Shown here piece after piece: positions 9,635-19,329 of a stretch of DNA of 64,000 nt. The notes under the pieces were generated by a model. That model worked only from the letters and a program-made list of their open reading frames with translations, did not search any database and was not told the DNA's origin. This DNA is from Candidatus Moanibacter sp. (lineage in GTDB: Bacteria > Verrucomicrobiota > Verrucomicrobiia > Opitutales > UBA2987). The stretch is taken from assembly GCA_965215885.1 (NCBI GenBank), contig CBDCEW010000097.1, positions 100,234 through 164,233 of the forward strand, given 5' to 3'. Positions within the stretch are counted from its first letter, which is position 1. Every line of letters starts with the position of its first letter. Both the position numbers and the translations under genes were made by a program.

Positions 9635-11207
9635 GAATGGCGCTAAGATAAGCCCGATTAACGACGATTTTTGCCTTTGTTTCTGCGCGAGCGCGAGACT
9701 TTCATTTTCCCTCGCGGCTTCGTTAGTAATTGGTAAGGTTTCGGTCTTCGTTTGACCGCTCGTGGTTCGCTGCGGTGTTCTCGTAGTGGAACAGTCTCCT
9801 CGGCAATAATCAGAACCATCTCGTCAATGATGCGTTGTTGCTTTCGAGGTTGCTTGCGGGTGGCGTTCAGAGCGGTGCAGTACTGCCGAACGGTGTCGAC
9901 CGTGCTCTTGAAGCTGAGCCGATGCAGGTCACGCTGATAGAGGGTGGCGGCGTGTTGCATGAGGGCGCGGATGAGATTATAGGCGATAAAGAACAGCTGG
10001 ATTTCCTTATGCACCATTTCGGGAGTAAGGCAGCGTACCGTTTCCATCTTCATAGTCGTTTTAATGTCGCGAAAAAACAGTTCCACTGACCAGCGGCGGA
10101 AGTAGAGATCGGCCAGATCCTCTACGGTGTATTGGAGGGGGTCGGTAAAGGTGGTCACAAGATCGATCTTTCGGGTCCGGAATCCTTTGATCTGAACGAA
10201 GAAACGCACCATTCGCAGAGTCAGTTCGGCCGGTAATTGAGCCCATTCTTCCGGGCTGAACCCGTGCTGTCTCTGCGGTTTTTTCCAGGTCACCAGCCGA
10301 TCGTATCGGCCCAGTGTTTGGCCGCTACGGAAGTCGCATTTGTGCCTTTGGTGCAGGCGCATGACCGCGTCCATTTGATGGTTTAGAAGCAGCCCCAGAT
10401 TGGCATAAGAGCAATAACCGCGGTCGCACAGAACCACCTCTGCTTTTTTCAAATACCCAACGAATTTGCGCAAAATGCCGCTTTCATGGTTTTTTAAGGT
10501 GGTCTCGACACAGTGCAGCAAGGCCCCGCTGGCCAAACAGAAACAGCCCACCAGAAGCATGACGGGAAATCCGCACCCCTCTTTCTGCCCCCCGGGTTGG
10601 GGAAAGGCCCTCTGGTTCTGCTCGGTATCGGGCATACTGATCCCAGTACCGTCTATCACTCTGACCTCGTGCCCCTTCCACCGCTGCGCTTGCCTTACCT
10701 CCTTGTGTATCTGCTCGCTGACCTCTTCACCGATCTTTTGTAAGTCCTCTATACCTATGCGCTGACGTGCCTGGCAATAGGCCGAGGTGGAGGAACTGGG
10801 CAGGTTCAACTCCCGCTCACTACAGTAGCTCTGCACCTTTCTGACGACCTCCCGGCAGGCTGTCTGCGGGGAGAGCACCTGGAACAGAAAGCCCCAGAAG
10901 GTCGTTCTGAGTGAGTAGACTCGTTCCCGGCTGTTTTCTTTTTCGCTCTTGGGTTGCAAAACTCCCAGAGGAATCCACCGATCAAACAGATCCGACAACT
11001 CCGATAGAGTTGACTCTCTTAGATGAGCCAGTTTTTGCTTTAATTGTGCCAGGGCCGACTTAGGCGGGCGACCGCATAGAATGTGATTAAACCCAGGCAG
11101 GAATCTTGTCATATTTTTCATACAACAAGATTAGCCTACTAACGGTCATAGTACAAGCTTTTTTGCATATTTTTTACAATTATTTTTGGCTTATCTTAGC
11201 GCCATTC
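9635..11207 (-). mobile_element. IS4-family element with perfect 20-bp IRs GAATGGCGCTAAGATAAGCC
   Basis: IRs at 9635-9654 and 11188-11207. Confidence 0.93.
9658..11121 (-). CDS. IS4-family transposase
   Basis: Motifs VIDGTGISMPDT, LCDRGY and YFRRWSVELFFRDIK. Confidence 0.95.
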   Translation of the reverse strand: MKNMTRFLPGFNHILCGRPPKSALAQLKQKLAHLRESTLSELSDLFDRWIPLGVLQPKSEKENSRERVYSLRTTFWGFLFQVLSPQTACREVVRKVQSYCSERELNLPSSSTSAYCQARQRIGIEDLQKIGEEVSEQIHKEVRQAQRWKGHEVRVIDGTGISMPDTEQNQRAFPQPGGQKEGCGFPVMLLVGCFCLASGALLHCVETTLKNHESGILRKFVGYLKKAEVVLCDRGYCSYANLGLLLNHQMDAVMRLHQRHKCDFRSGQTLGRYDRLVTWKKPQRQHGFSPEEWAQLPAELTLRMVRFFVQIKGFRTRKIDLVTTFTDPLQYTVEDLADLYFRRWSVELFFRDIKTTMKMETVRCLTPEMVHKEIQLFFIAYNLIRALMQHAATLYQRDLHRLSFKSTVDTVRQYCTALNATRKQPRKQQRIIDEMVLIIAEETVPLREHRSEPRAVKRRPKPYQLLTKPRGKMKVSRSRRNKGKNRR

Positions 11208-11223
11208 GGGTCAGAGCGTCAAT

Positions 11224-11356
11224 TTAGATTCTGCTGAAAAAGTCGTCTTTTCCTAATCCGCTACCACGTTCTTGCGAACGCGGCTACAAATATCAACGAC
11301 TTACGGAGCACAGTAGCCGCCTTCGCAAGAACGTGGGGGTTTTCAGCAGAATCTAA
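11224..11356. repeat. IR-bounded REP doublet or MITE
   Basis: TTAGATTCTGCTGAAAA...TTTTCAGCAGAATCTAA enclosing CACGTTCTTGCGAA/TTCGCAAGAACGTG; a related copy is split by the IS at 21998-23603. Confidence 0.75.
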
Positions 11357-11357
11357 T

Positions 11358-12374
11358 CTATTCTATTAGACGCCCGAGTTTAACGAATCGCCCCAGAATA
11401 CGTCCCTCAAATCGGTTTACCATTTTAACGGTGTCACGGTGTTCCGACTCGTCAGCCATGAACTGAACGCGATCGATGCCATATTCGCGCAGATTGGTGA
11501 GAGAATCGTACCTCAGGTAAATGTTCGCCCATCCGCCGCGCAGTTTTGGCGCCACAGCAAACCCATCGCTAATCTTGATGCCGGATTTTGTTCGCCCCAG
11601 TTGAACACCGGAGACTTCATTACCGACTAGGAGGACTGACGAGACTCTATTTTCGAACGCCCCTTCCCTTTGTCCTAATCGGCCCCGAAAATCATGGATC
11701 GACCAGCCCAGGTTACTTAATACGAATTTTTGCAGGACGTTCGGCGACACTTCGCTGAGAGAGACGATCCGCGCCTCTGAGGGTATTTTCCCTCTTTCCT
11801 TCAATCGCCGAAATAGTGGTTCCAGAACGGCACTTATCTTGTCAACCAGTATCTCGTAAGAGGTCAGGCGAACCTTTTCCCGGTCGAATCCGTGGCTGCG
11901 TAGAAACTGCTCAAAATGACTCCCCTCGGCGACCAGATTTTCCGTCACGAGCTCCCGAACACGCCCCTTTCTAGCGGAAACGACAAGCCGCTCGATAAGA
12001 TTTGGATCCACATCAGGATACCCGTCCAGGGCAACCGCTCGAAACAGGAACTCCGCCACTCTCTTTTTGTTGAATCCGGGCATCTTCCACAACGCAATCA
12101 GGGCGATCAGTTGCTCAGTCTCTTCCACGACCGCTAAGTGCAGCCTGGGTCTCCTGTTCTGTTGGAACGCCCTAGGAACGATCCTGCAAAATTCGGGTGT
12201 CTCAGACTTCGCGGGACTGAACTGAAGATATTTAACCACCATTCCCATAAATTCCACTCTATCTGCGCTGTCCGCAAAAGCCGGTCTCTTGCCAGTTTTT
12301 TCAAGATAGTCTTCGATCTGGCCTCTGCCAAGATTAACATTTGACTGCTCAAAAGGTGAATTCGTGGACCGCAA
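11358..12374 (-). CDS. Hypothetical protein, possibly tandem GNAT-like domains
   Basis: 338-aa ORF; FAVAPKLRGG and FLRSHGF resemble GNAT motifs; start uncertain. Confidence 0.55.
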   Translation of the reverse strand: MRSTNSPFEQSNVNLGRGQIEDYLEKTGKRPAFADSADRVEFMGMVVKYLQFSPAKSETPEFCRIVPRAFQQNRRPRLHLAVVEETEQLIALIALWKMPGFNKKRVAEFLFRAVALDGYPDVDPNLIERLVVSARKGRVRELVTENLVAEGSHFEQFLRSHGFDREKVRLTSYEILVDKISAVLEPLFRRLKERGKIPSEARIVSLSEVSPNVLQKFVLSNLGWSIHDFRGRLGQREGAFENRVSSVLLVGNEVSGVQLGRTKSGIKISDGFAVAPKLRGGWANIYLRYDSLTNLREYGIDRVQFMADESEHRDTVKMVNRFEGRILGRFVKLGRLIE

Positions 12375-12586
12375 TTCCGGTAAGTCAGATCGATCCCAAA
12401 AAAAATCTCGGTTCTTCAGAGATAAGTGTTGCCTAAATCTGGAAAGGCTAATTCTTTACACGCCCGTGGGCCGCCTATCCTCGAAGCCAAAAACCCGATC
12501 AAAGTTCTCTCTGCCCGCAAAGTCGATGCTGGCAAGCGCCCGGAAATCCGTTCCAGAGGTGCCGCATCGCATGTGATGAACGTGAA

Positions 12587-13693
12587 ATGAAACTGCCGGG
12601 GTTTATCGACATACACGTTCATATTCGCGAACCTGGAGCGACGCATAAGGAAGACTGGGAGAGCGGGACCGCAGCGGCCTTGGCGGGGGGATTCACTGCC
12701 GTGCTGGCAATGCCCAATACCCAACCGCCGATCATGGACGATGAGTCCTTGATGCTCTCCCTGAACGCGGCGGGCGCGAAGGCCCATTGTGACTACGCAC
12801 AGTACATAGGCGCGGGCGTGAAGAACGCTGAGTCACTCGCCGATTTCTCTTCAGAAGTGGCGGGCCTGAAGATGTACCTGAATGACACATTCGGAGATCT
12901 TCGCATCGATGATATGTCGATCTGGATGGACCACTTCGCGCATGCTCCGCAATCCATGCCGATTGTCGCACACGCCGAGGGAGAGACTGCCGCCGCATTC
13001 ATTCTCCTCGCCGAGCTTTACGATCGCCCTGTTCATGTCGCCCATGTCTCGCGCCGGGAGGAAATCGAGTTGATTCGTAAAGCGAAGGAGCGGGGAATTA
13101 AGGTCACGTGTGAAGTAACCCCGCATCATCTCTTTCTGACAAGTGAGGATATCCCGCGTTTGGGTCAGGGCCGATCTGAAGTCCGCCCCCGACTGGCGAG
13201 TCGGGATGACCAGAAGGCCCTGTGGGAAAACCTCGACGTAATCGACTGCTTTGCAACAGATCATGCCCCGCATACTGTGCAGGAAAAAGACAGCGCCGAG
13301 CCGCCGCCCGGTTTCCCAGGCCTCGAAACCATTCTTCCCCTGCTACTCACCGCCGTGCACGACGGACGCCTGACAATCGAGGACATTGTCGATCGGCTTT
13401 ACACGAATCCTCGACGGATATTCGATCTGCCTGAACAACCTGAGACCTGGGTTGAAGTGGATCCCAACAGGCGGTGGACAATACGAGCGACCGACCTTCG
13501 ATCGCGTTGTGGTTGGACACCGTTTGAAGGGTGGGAAGTAACCGGTCGTGCGCAGAGAGTGGTGATCCGCGGCCGCTACGCCTATAGAGACGGCACTATT
13601 ATAGCACAGCCCGGAACCGGGAGAAATCTTAGAAGCTTTGAACATGAGAATACACAATCGACAGCAATAAATGAAAGGAGTATGACTATATGA
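12587..13693 (+). CDS. pyrC: Dihydroorotase, CAD-like
   Basis: Motifs [37 protein letters not shown] and PGFPGLET. Confidence 0.95.
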   Translation: MKLPGFIDIHVHIREPGATHKEDWESGTAAALAGGFTAVLAMPNTQPPIMDDESLMLSLNAAGAKAHCDYAQYIGAGVKNAESLADFSSEVAGLKMYLNDTFGDLRIDDMSIWMDHFAHAPQSMPIVAHAEGETAAAFILLAELYDRPVHVAHVSRREEIELIRKAKERGIKVTCEVTPHHLFLTSEDIPRLGQGRSEVRPRLASRDDQKALWENLDVIDCFATDHAPHTVQEKDSAEPPPGFPGLETILPLLLTAVHDGRLTIEDIVDRLYTNPRRIFDLPEQPETWVEVDPNRRWTIRATDLRSRCGWTPFEGWEVTGRAQRVVIRGRYAYRDGTIIAQPGTGRNLRSFEHENTQSTAINERSMTI

Positions 13694-14682
13694 TAACCTA
13701 CGCCCCACCCGTGCGTGAGACCAGTCCACATATCCCATTCGGCGACCGCCAGGACGCCCTCTTTTACGGAAAGGACATCCTTTCCGTAAAACAGTTCGAT
13801 CGGGCCGACCTAAACTATATATTCGGCGTCGCACACGAGATGCGCGAGATGGTGACCCGAGTCGGATCATTCGATCTGCTGAAGGGAAAAATCCTCGCGA
13901 ATCTCTTCTATGAACCCTCGACACGGACATCGTCCTCGTTTATTTCTGCTATGGAACGCCTTGGCGGAAGCGTGATTTCGATCAACGAAGTCACTTATTC
14001 TTCGGTGGCGAAAGGCGAATCCCTTCCAGACACGATACGAACGCTCGAGTGTTACGCCGACGTAATTGTATTGCGCCATCCGGAGTTGGGCGCCTCAGCG
14101 ATGGCTGCCCAGTACGCGCGCAAACCGATCATCAACGCCGGCGACGGTGTGGGCGAGCACCCGACACAGGCCTTGCTCGATTTGTTTACGATCGTGGAGG
14201 AATTGCAAGAGGTCGACAGTCTTACTGTCACAATGCTCGGCGACCTCAAGTATGGGCGCACCGTGCATTCTCTTGCCCGTCTGCTCGCGCTCTATAATGT
14301 AAAGATAAACTTCGTTTCACCGGACATCCTCGCGATCCCTTCTGAAATTGTAGGGGAGCTCAGAGCGGGTGAAATTGAGGTGGCCCAATACTCCGATTTA
14401 GCGGACGTTCTTTCAGAGACGGACGTCTTGTACGTAACACGGGTTCAAAAGGAACGCTTCGAGAACCCGGAGGAATACGAACTCGTTAAAGGCGTCTATC
14501 ACATCACGCCGGAAACAATGACCGCTGCCAAGGATCGCATGGTCGTCATGCATCCCCTTCCGAGGGTCGGCGAAATCAGCATGGAAGTGGATGCGGACCC
14601 CCGGGCGGCCTATTTTCGACAGATGGAATACGGCCAGTATGTCCGCATGGCGCTCCTTGCGCTGGTTCTAGGCAAAGCATAA
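13690..14682 (+). CDS. pyrB: Aspartate carbamoyltransferase catalytic chain
   Basis: Motifs [32 protein letters not shown] and MHPLPR; ATGA overlap with pyrC. Confidence 0.97.
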   Translation: MITYAPPVRETSPHIPFGDRQDALFYGKDILSVKQFDRADLNYIFGVAHEMREMVTRVGSFDLLKGKILANLFYEPSTRTSSSFISAMERLGGSVISINEVTYSSVAKGESLPDTIRTLECYADVIVLRHPELGASAMAAQYARKPIINAGDGVGEHPTQALLDLFTIVEELQEVDSLTVTMLGDLKYGRTVHSLARLLALYNVKINFVSPDILAIPSEIVGELRAGEIEVAQYSDLADVLSETDVLYVTRVQKERFENPEEYELVKGVYHITPETMTAAKDRMVVMHPLPRVGEISMEVDADPRAAYFRQMEYGQYVRMALLALVLGKA

Positions 14683-14914
14683 ATCAACCAATCGTCATTG
14701 CGAGGAAGAATGACGAAGCAATCCAGCACTCGGACGAAACCGTATCAAAATAGCTCTAGCCCGAACATTTCACAAATCTTCTACTACGATCCCGGCAAGC
14801 CGGGACGACCTCAGAGGGTCCTAACACGCTGTTCCCGGCTTGCAGGGACTTCGGAAAGGCTTTGGCACGCAGCCATCTACGCCGTCTCGCTACGAAGTGT
14901 GTGAAATGTCCGGG

Positions 14915-15256
14915 CTAGCAGCCTGTCGGACTTTATGCTTCTTTCGAAAGAGTCACTCGGTTTTACTCCGACAGGCTGCTAGAAACAAGAAAATGAACCT
15001 GAGATTTGAGGGAAGGAGGATGAATTGTTGAATAGCGGTTTCGCTATGGGCCATTTTGACACAATCAACCCGAATGCCACAATCTGTCACCATCAGATTC
15101 GAAGTCGACGATGGAAAAAACATGACATTGCGTTTCAAATCTCAGGTTCATTTTCTTTCAAGGAATCTGTCGGTCTGATCAAGATAGGAATGTCGATCCT
15201 TCACCATGGAATCTACCCCACGAGAAAGTTAGGAATTCAAAGTCCGACAGATTCCT
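14915..15256. repeat. Three adjacent IR-bounded MITE-like elements
   Basis: CTAGCAGCCTGTCGGA IR (14915-14982); AAGAAAATGAACCTGAGATTTGA IR (14987-15157); AGGAATCTGTCGG IR (15161-15256). Confidence 0.8.
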
Positions 15257-15267
15257 AGGTCGTTTTC

Positions 15268-16692
15268 GTGCCATCATTCATCACAGTCCTGGAAGAACGC
15301 GTGCGGAATGCAGGTTCCTTACTATGCATAGGGTTAGACCCCCACCCGACCGATCTTCCCACCAGAACAGCGACGGCAGCCCTGGAATTCTGCCTGCGAT
15401 TAATCGAAGCAACGGCGGAGTGTGCCGCGGCTTTTAAGCCAAACATCGCATTCTTTGAGGCTTTCGGTCCGGAAGGCATCGACGCCCTGCGACAGGTGAT
15501 CGCAGCGGTACCGGACGAGATCCCAGTAATTCTAGACGCGAAGCGCGGCGACATCGCCAGCACCGCCAACGCCTACGCAGAGGCCGTATTTCAGACGCTT
15601 GGCGCGGATGCAGTAACCGTGAGTCCGTTTCTCGGACACGACAGTGTCGAACCATTTCTCAAAGACCCCGGTCGTGGCGTGTTTCTCCTTTGTAAGACTT
15701 CAAATCCTGGTGCCACGGATATCCAGGACCTGGATGTCTCCCTCGGAGCTGAAGAAGCGTCTATACCACTGTATGAACACATCGCCAGACTCGCTCAGAG
15801 TTGGAATCGCAACAACAACCTTGGCCTCGTAGTCGGAGCCACCCAACCTGAATCGCTCGTAAATGTGCGTCGAGCGGCGCCGGATCTCTGGATTTTGGCC
15901 CCCGGTGTTGGCGCACAAGGGGGCGACCTGGAGACATCACTGGTTTCCGGCTTGCGGTCCGATGGCATGGGCGTGCTCGTAAACGTGTCTCGCAGCATCT
16001 CACGGGCAGAAGATCCGGGCCGTGCTGCAGCGGAACTTAGGGATTCGATCAACCAGGTGCGGGATAGAGGAATAGAGAGCATCTCGAAGCCCGCACCCGG
16101 AGAAAACTCGGGCACCGTCCCCGATGCGCTCCTCGAAGCCGGTTGCATCAAGTTTGGCCACTTCACCTTGAAGTCCGGCAGGCAATCGCCATTCTATATC
16201 GACCTTCGGCTTTTGGCGTCGCATCCGGAATTGCTCAATCGAGTTGCCTCCGCTTATCTTCCGATTCTGCGCCGCCTGAGATTTGACCGCATCGCAGCCC
16301 TGCCTTACGCAGGCATGCCCATAGGCACGGCCATAAGTTTGCAGGGCTGTTGGCCTATGATATACCCTCGCAAGGAAACGAAATCTTATGGCACGGCCGC
16401 CCAAATCGAAGGTGAATATTCACCCGGCGAGCGGGTTGCCGTGATCGATGACCTCACCACAACCGGTGGTAGTAAGCTGGAAGCGATTGAAAAACTGACC
16501 TCCGCGGACCTCCAGGTAGAAGACATCGTGGTGTTGATCGACCGGCAGTCCGGCGCCAGAGAATCGCTCGCCGCCGCCGGATGCCGGCTCCATGCCGTAT
16601 TCACCCTCACGGAAATGCTGGACGGCTGGGAGCAGAGCGGAAGGCTGCCCATTGAGCAGATCGATAAGGCCCGAGCTTTTCTGAAAGATTGA
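15268..16692 (+). CDS. pyrF: Bifunctional OMP decarboxylase / orotate phosphoribosyltransferase (OMPDC N-terminal)
   Basis: N-terminal LCIGLDP, FKPN, ILDAKRGDI and PGVGAQGG; C-terminal FTLKSGRQSPFYIDLR, RKETKSYG and VIDDLTTTGGS. Confidence 0.95.
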   Translation: MPSFITVLEERVRNAGSLLCIGLDPHPTDLPTRTATAALEFCLRLIEATAECAAAFKPNIAFFEAFGPEGIDALRQVIAAVPDEIPVILDAKRGDIASTANAYAEAVFQTLGADAVTVSPFLGHDSVEPFLKDPGRGVFLLCKTSNPGATDIQDLDVSLGAEEASIPLYEHIARLAQSWNRNNNLGLVVGATQPESLVNVRRAAPDLWILAPGVGAQGGDLETSLVSGLRSDGMGVLVNVSRSISRAEDPGRAAAELRDSINQVRDRGIESISKPAPGENSGTVPDALLEAGCIKFGHFTLKSGRQSPFYIDLRLLASHPELLNRVASAYLPILRRLRFDRIAALPYAGMPIGTAISLQGCWPMIYPRKETKSYGTAAQIEGEYSPGERVAVIDDLTTTGGSKLEAIEKLTSADLQVEDIVVLIDRQSGARESLAAAGCRLHAVFTLTEMLDGWEQSGRLPIEQIDKARAFLKD

Positions 16693-18219
16693 TTTCCACT
16701 AACAGGCCTAGCGTGCGATACTCCACGGAATCTCTTGCCATCGTTGCGTTGCTGGCGGCGCACATCGCGTCTCCAATTAAGTTGGTTGGGGGAGAGTTTA
16801 CGACTCCGGCCCTTGGCAAAATCAAAACCGTAAAGTCTGAAGAGTGGGAAGCGGCGCGCCTGGCGCATCTCGATCCTTTGAAAGACGGTTGGGATACGGA
16901 GGAATTCAGCCGGGAGGCTGATAGACAATTGATCCGTCTCTCCGCGTTGCTCCGGCAAGGACTCCCGGGACAGAGCGAATTACCGGCCGAGATATTCGCG
17001 GATCGATAACGAGGCGGCCCTCTCATACCGCAGGACCTACAGAGCGTTTATGACGATGAGGCGTTTAGCGTTCGTCGCGGGATCTCGACCTTTACGTGGC
17101 AAACGATTTCGGCCGCAATAATCTCTACCGCAATGACCGCGGCCGCTTCTCCGATATTGCGGCAGCAGCGGGAGTCGAAGATATTTCCGCGGGAATGTCC
17201 GTAACCTGGGGGGATTACAACCGCGACGGTTGGATAGATCTCTATGTCAGCAACATGTTTTCCAAAGCTGGCAACCGGATCGCCTACCAAAGAAGGTTTC
17301 AGAGCGACCTAAGTGAAGAGTCGCGGGCTCTCTATCGCCACCACGCCCGAGGGAACTCACTCTTTGAAAATCTGGGAAACGGTAATTTTGCCGATGCAAG
17401 CGTCTCTTCCGGCACGACCATCGGGCGGTGGGCCTGGGCGTCTCTCTTCGCCGATATAAATTGCGACGGCGTCCGCGGCGAGTGGCTTCGATTTCATCGA
17501 CGACGGTCGCGCCCTCACTACGGTCGACTGGGACTTCGACGGTGATCTCGATTTCTGGCTCACCAATCGAACCGCCCCCCGGCTCCGCTTTCTCCGCAAT
17601 GACTATCCCACGAGTAACCATTTTCTGGTCGTCGGGCTGGAAGGTGTCAAAGTGAACCGGGACGCGATTGGAGCGCGGGTGGAACTCTATACGAAAGGGG
17701 CGAGCGGTGCCGTCGAAAAGCAGATCCGGACACTTCGAGCCGGTGAAGGCTTCCTCGGGCAGTCGAGCAAATGGATTCACTTTGGTCTGGGCTCGGATTC
17801 AGAGATCGATCGACTGGTGGTGCGTTGGCCCGGCGCCTCTGCCGAGGAATTCAGCGGCCTATCACGCGTTGGGTCTCAAGCTTCAGGAATGGGGTCACCT
17901 CGATGAAGCACTGGCCGCTTACCGCAATGCCGTGGATGCGGACCCGAACCTTTCCAAGCCCCATTTCATGCTCGGCCTCGCTTTGGTAGAACAATCCGGT
18001 GAAAGGAAACTCGAAGAGGCAATTGTGCACTTCCGGTCGGCCGTGCGCCTCGAACCCGATAATCTCTACGCGCATTTCTACCTGGGTATGGCGCTTGAAA
18101 AATCGGGAAGGCAGGCCGAAGCTCTTCCTGCCTACCGGGAGGCCCTGCGCATTGATCCAAGGTTCCAAGCCGCGAGGCAACGTCTCTCGGCTCTTGAGAG
18201 AGTGGGGGCTGGAAATTAA
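16689..18219 (+). pseudogene. Internally deleted CRTAC1 / FG-GAP / ASPIC-UnbV / TPR gene remnant
   Basis: Fragments in different frames: ANDFGRNNLY, GDYNRDGWIDLYV, DWDFDGDLD, NRDAIGARV...HFGLG...VRWPG, then TPR repeats. Confidence 0.85.
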
Positions 18220-18611
18220 TAGAGACAGAGTGCAATTCGGTGGCAATCGCGTATTGTAGCTGTATACCGTGCGTCACCCCGGCACAAGACCCATAATTAC
18301 GAAATTGGGTTGGAGAACCCAAAGTAAATGTTATTCAGGCACTTGCAAGATTCTATTGATTACATAGTATGCCAGAATGGAGTTTCAACGATTGTTGTGT
18401 GTGGGTTCGTTAGAGGTAGAGAGCTTTTCCTGCAGGTTTGTTTTCAGTTAGAAACTTGTTGAGTATTAATCAGTTACAAAAGCGCTTTGAACGGGGAGTT
18501 GATTTCTGGTGGCAATTGAGTAGAAGCGAAGGGAGCTGGAGAAAGTTGGTATTGGCATTGTATGTAAAATAAAGTTTGCAGTTTTGCCTCCTTTCCATAC
18601 TGTGCCGGTGC

Positions 18612-19328
18612 ATGCAAGAAGAGCTTTCGCGTAAAGAGAGGGAGGTGGTCGAAGCGGTACGGCGGGATCGGGTAAGCACGGTGTGGAGGCTGATGAAGGA
18701 GCAGAGGGTGTCGCGGCGAACGGTCTATCGGGCTTTGCAAAAATATGGCCATTACTCCAGTTACAATGCCAATTGTGGCTACCTGAGCTTGAAAGACATT
18801 CCGCGCTTTGACGGGGCCGGTTTGTGGCGTTTTCGCAAGGGGCGCTTTTCGCGCCACGGCACCTTGGAGGAGACCGTGGAGGCGGTGGTGGGAGCTTCGC
18901 TTTGCGGCTACACGGTGGCTGAGTTGGAGACCCTCCTTGGGGTACGGGTGCACAACCCCATAAGCGTGCTTTGTAGAAAGAAGCGGTTGAGTCGATACTA
19001 TGAAGGGCGTCACTGCGTGTATGTCTCGGCCGGGGAACAGGGCGGGGCCGAACAGAAAAAGCGGCGGCAAGGGCGAAGAACAGCGGCACAAGTTCAGGCA
19101 GGGGACCCCGGGGGCGCTTTGCAGGCAGCTCCCGAAGGGCTCGAAACGATGGTCGTGATCGCTTTGCTGGTCGCCTGTATCGGCCATCCCGAGGCCGGGG
19201 TCAAGGAGCTTGTCGAGCTTATGCAAGAGCAGGGAGTAGAGCTGAGCGGGGAGCAAATTGAGCGGGTGATGGCGTTTTACTCGCTCAAAAAAAACCGGAC
19301 CGATCGCGGTAGCGGAGCTGTTACATGA
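18612..19328 (+). CDS. Transposase-associated HTH-like protein (ORF A)
   Basis: VSRRTVYRAL HTH-like segment; A8 run at 19287-19294 near the end. Confidence 0.7.
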   Translation: MQEELSRKEREVVEAVRRDRVSTVWRLMKEQRVSRRTVYRALQKYGHYSSYNANCGYLSLKDIPRFDGAGLWRFRKGRFSRHGTLEETVEAVVGASLCGYTVAELETLLGVRVHNPISVLCRKKRLSRYYEGRHCVYVSAGEQGGAEQKKRRQGRRTAAQVQAGDPGGALQAAPEGLETMVVIALLVACIGHPEAGVKELVELMQEQGVELSGEQIERVMAFYSLKKNRTDRGSGAVT

Positions 19329-19329
19329 T

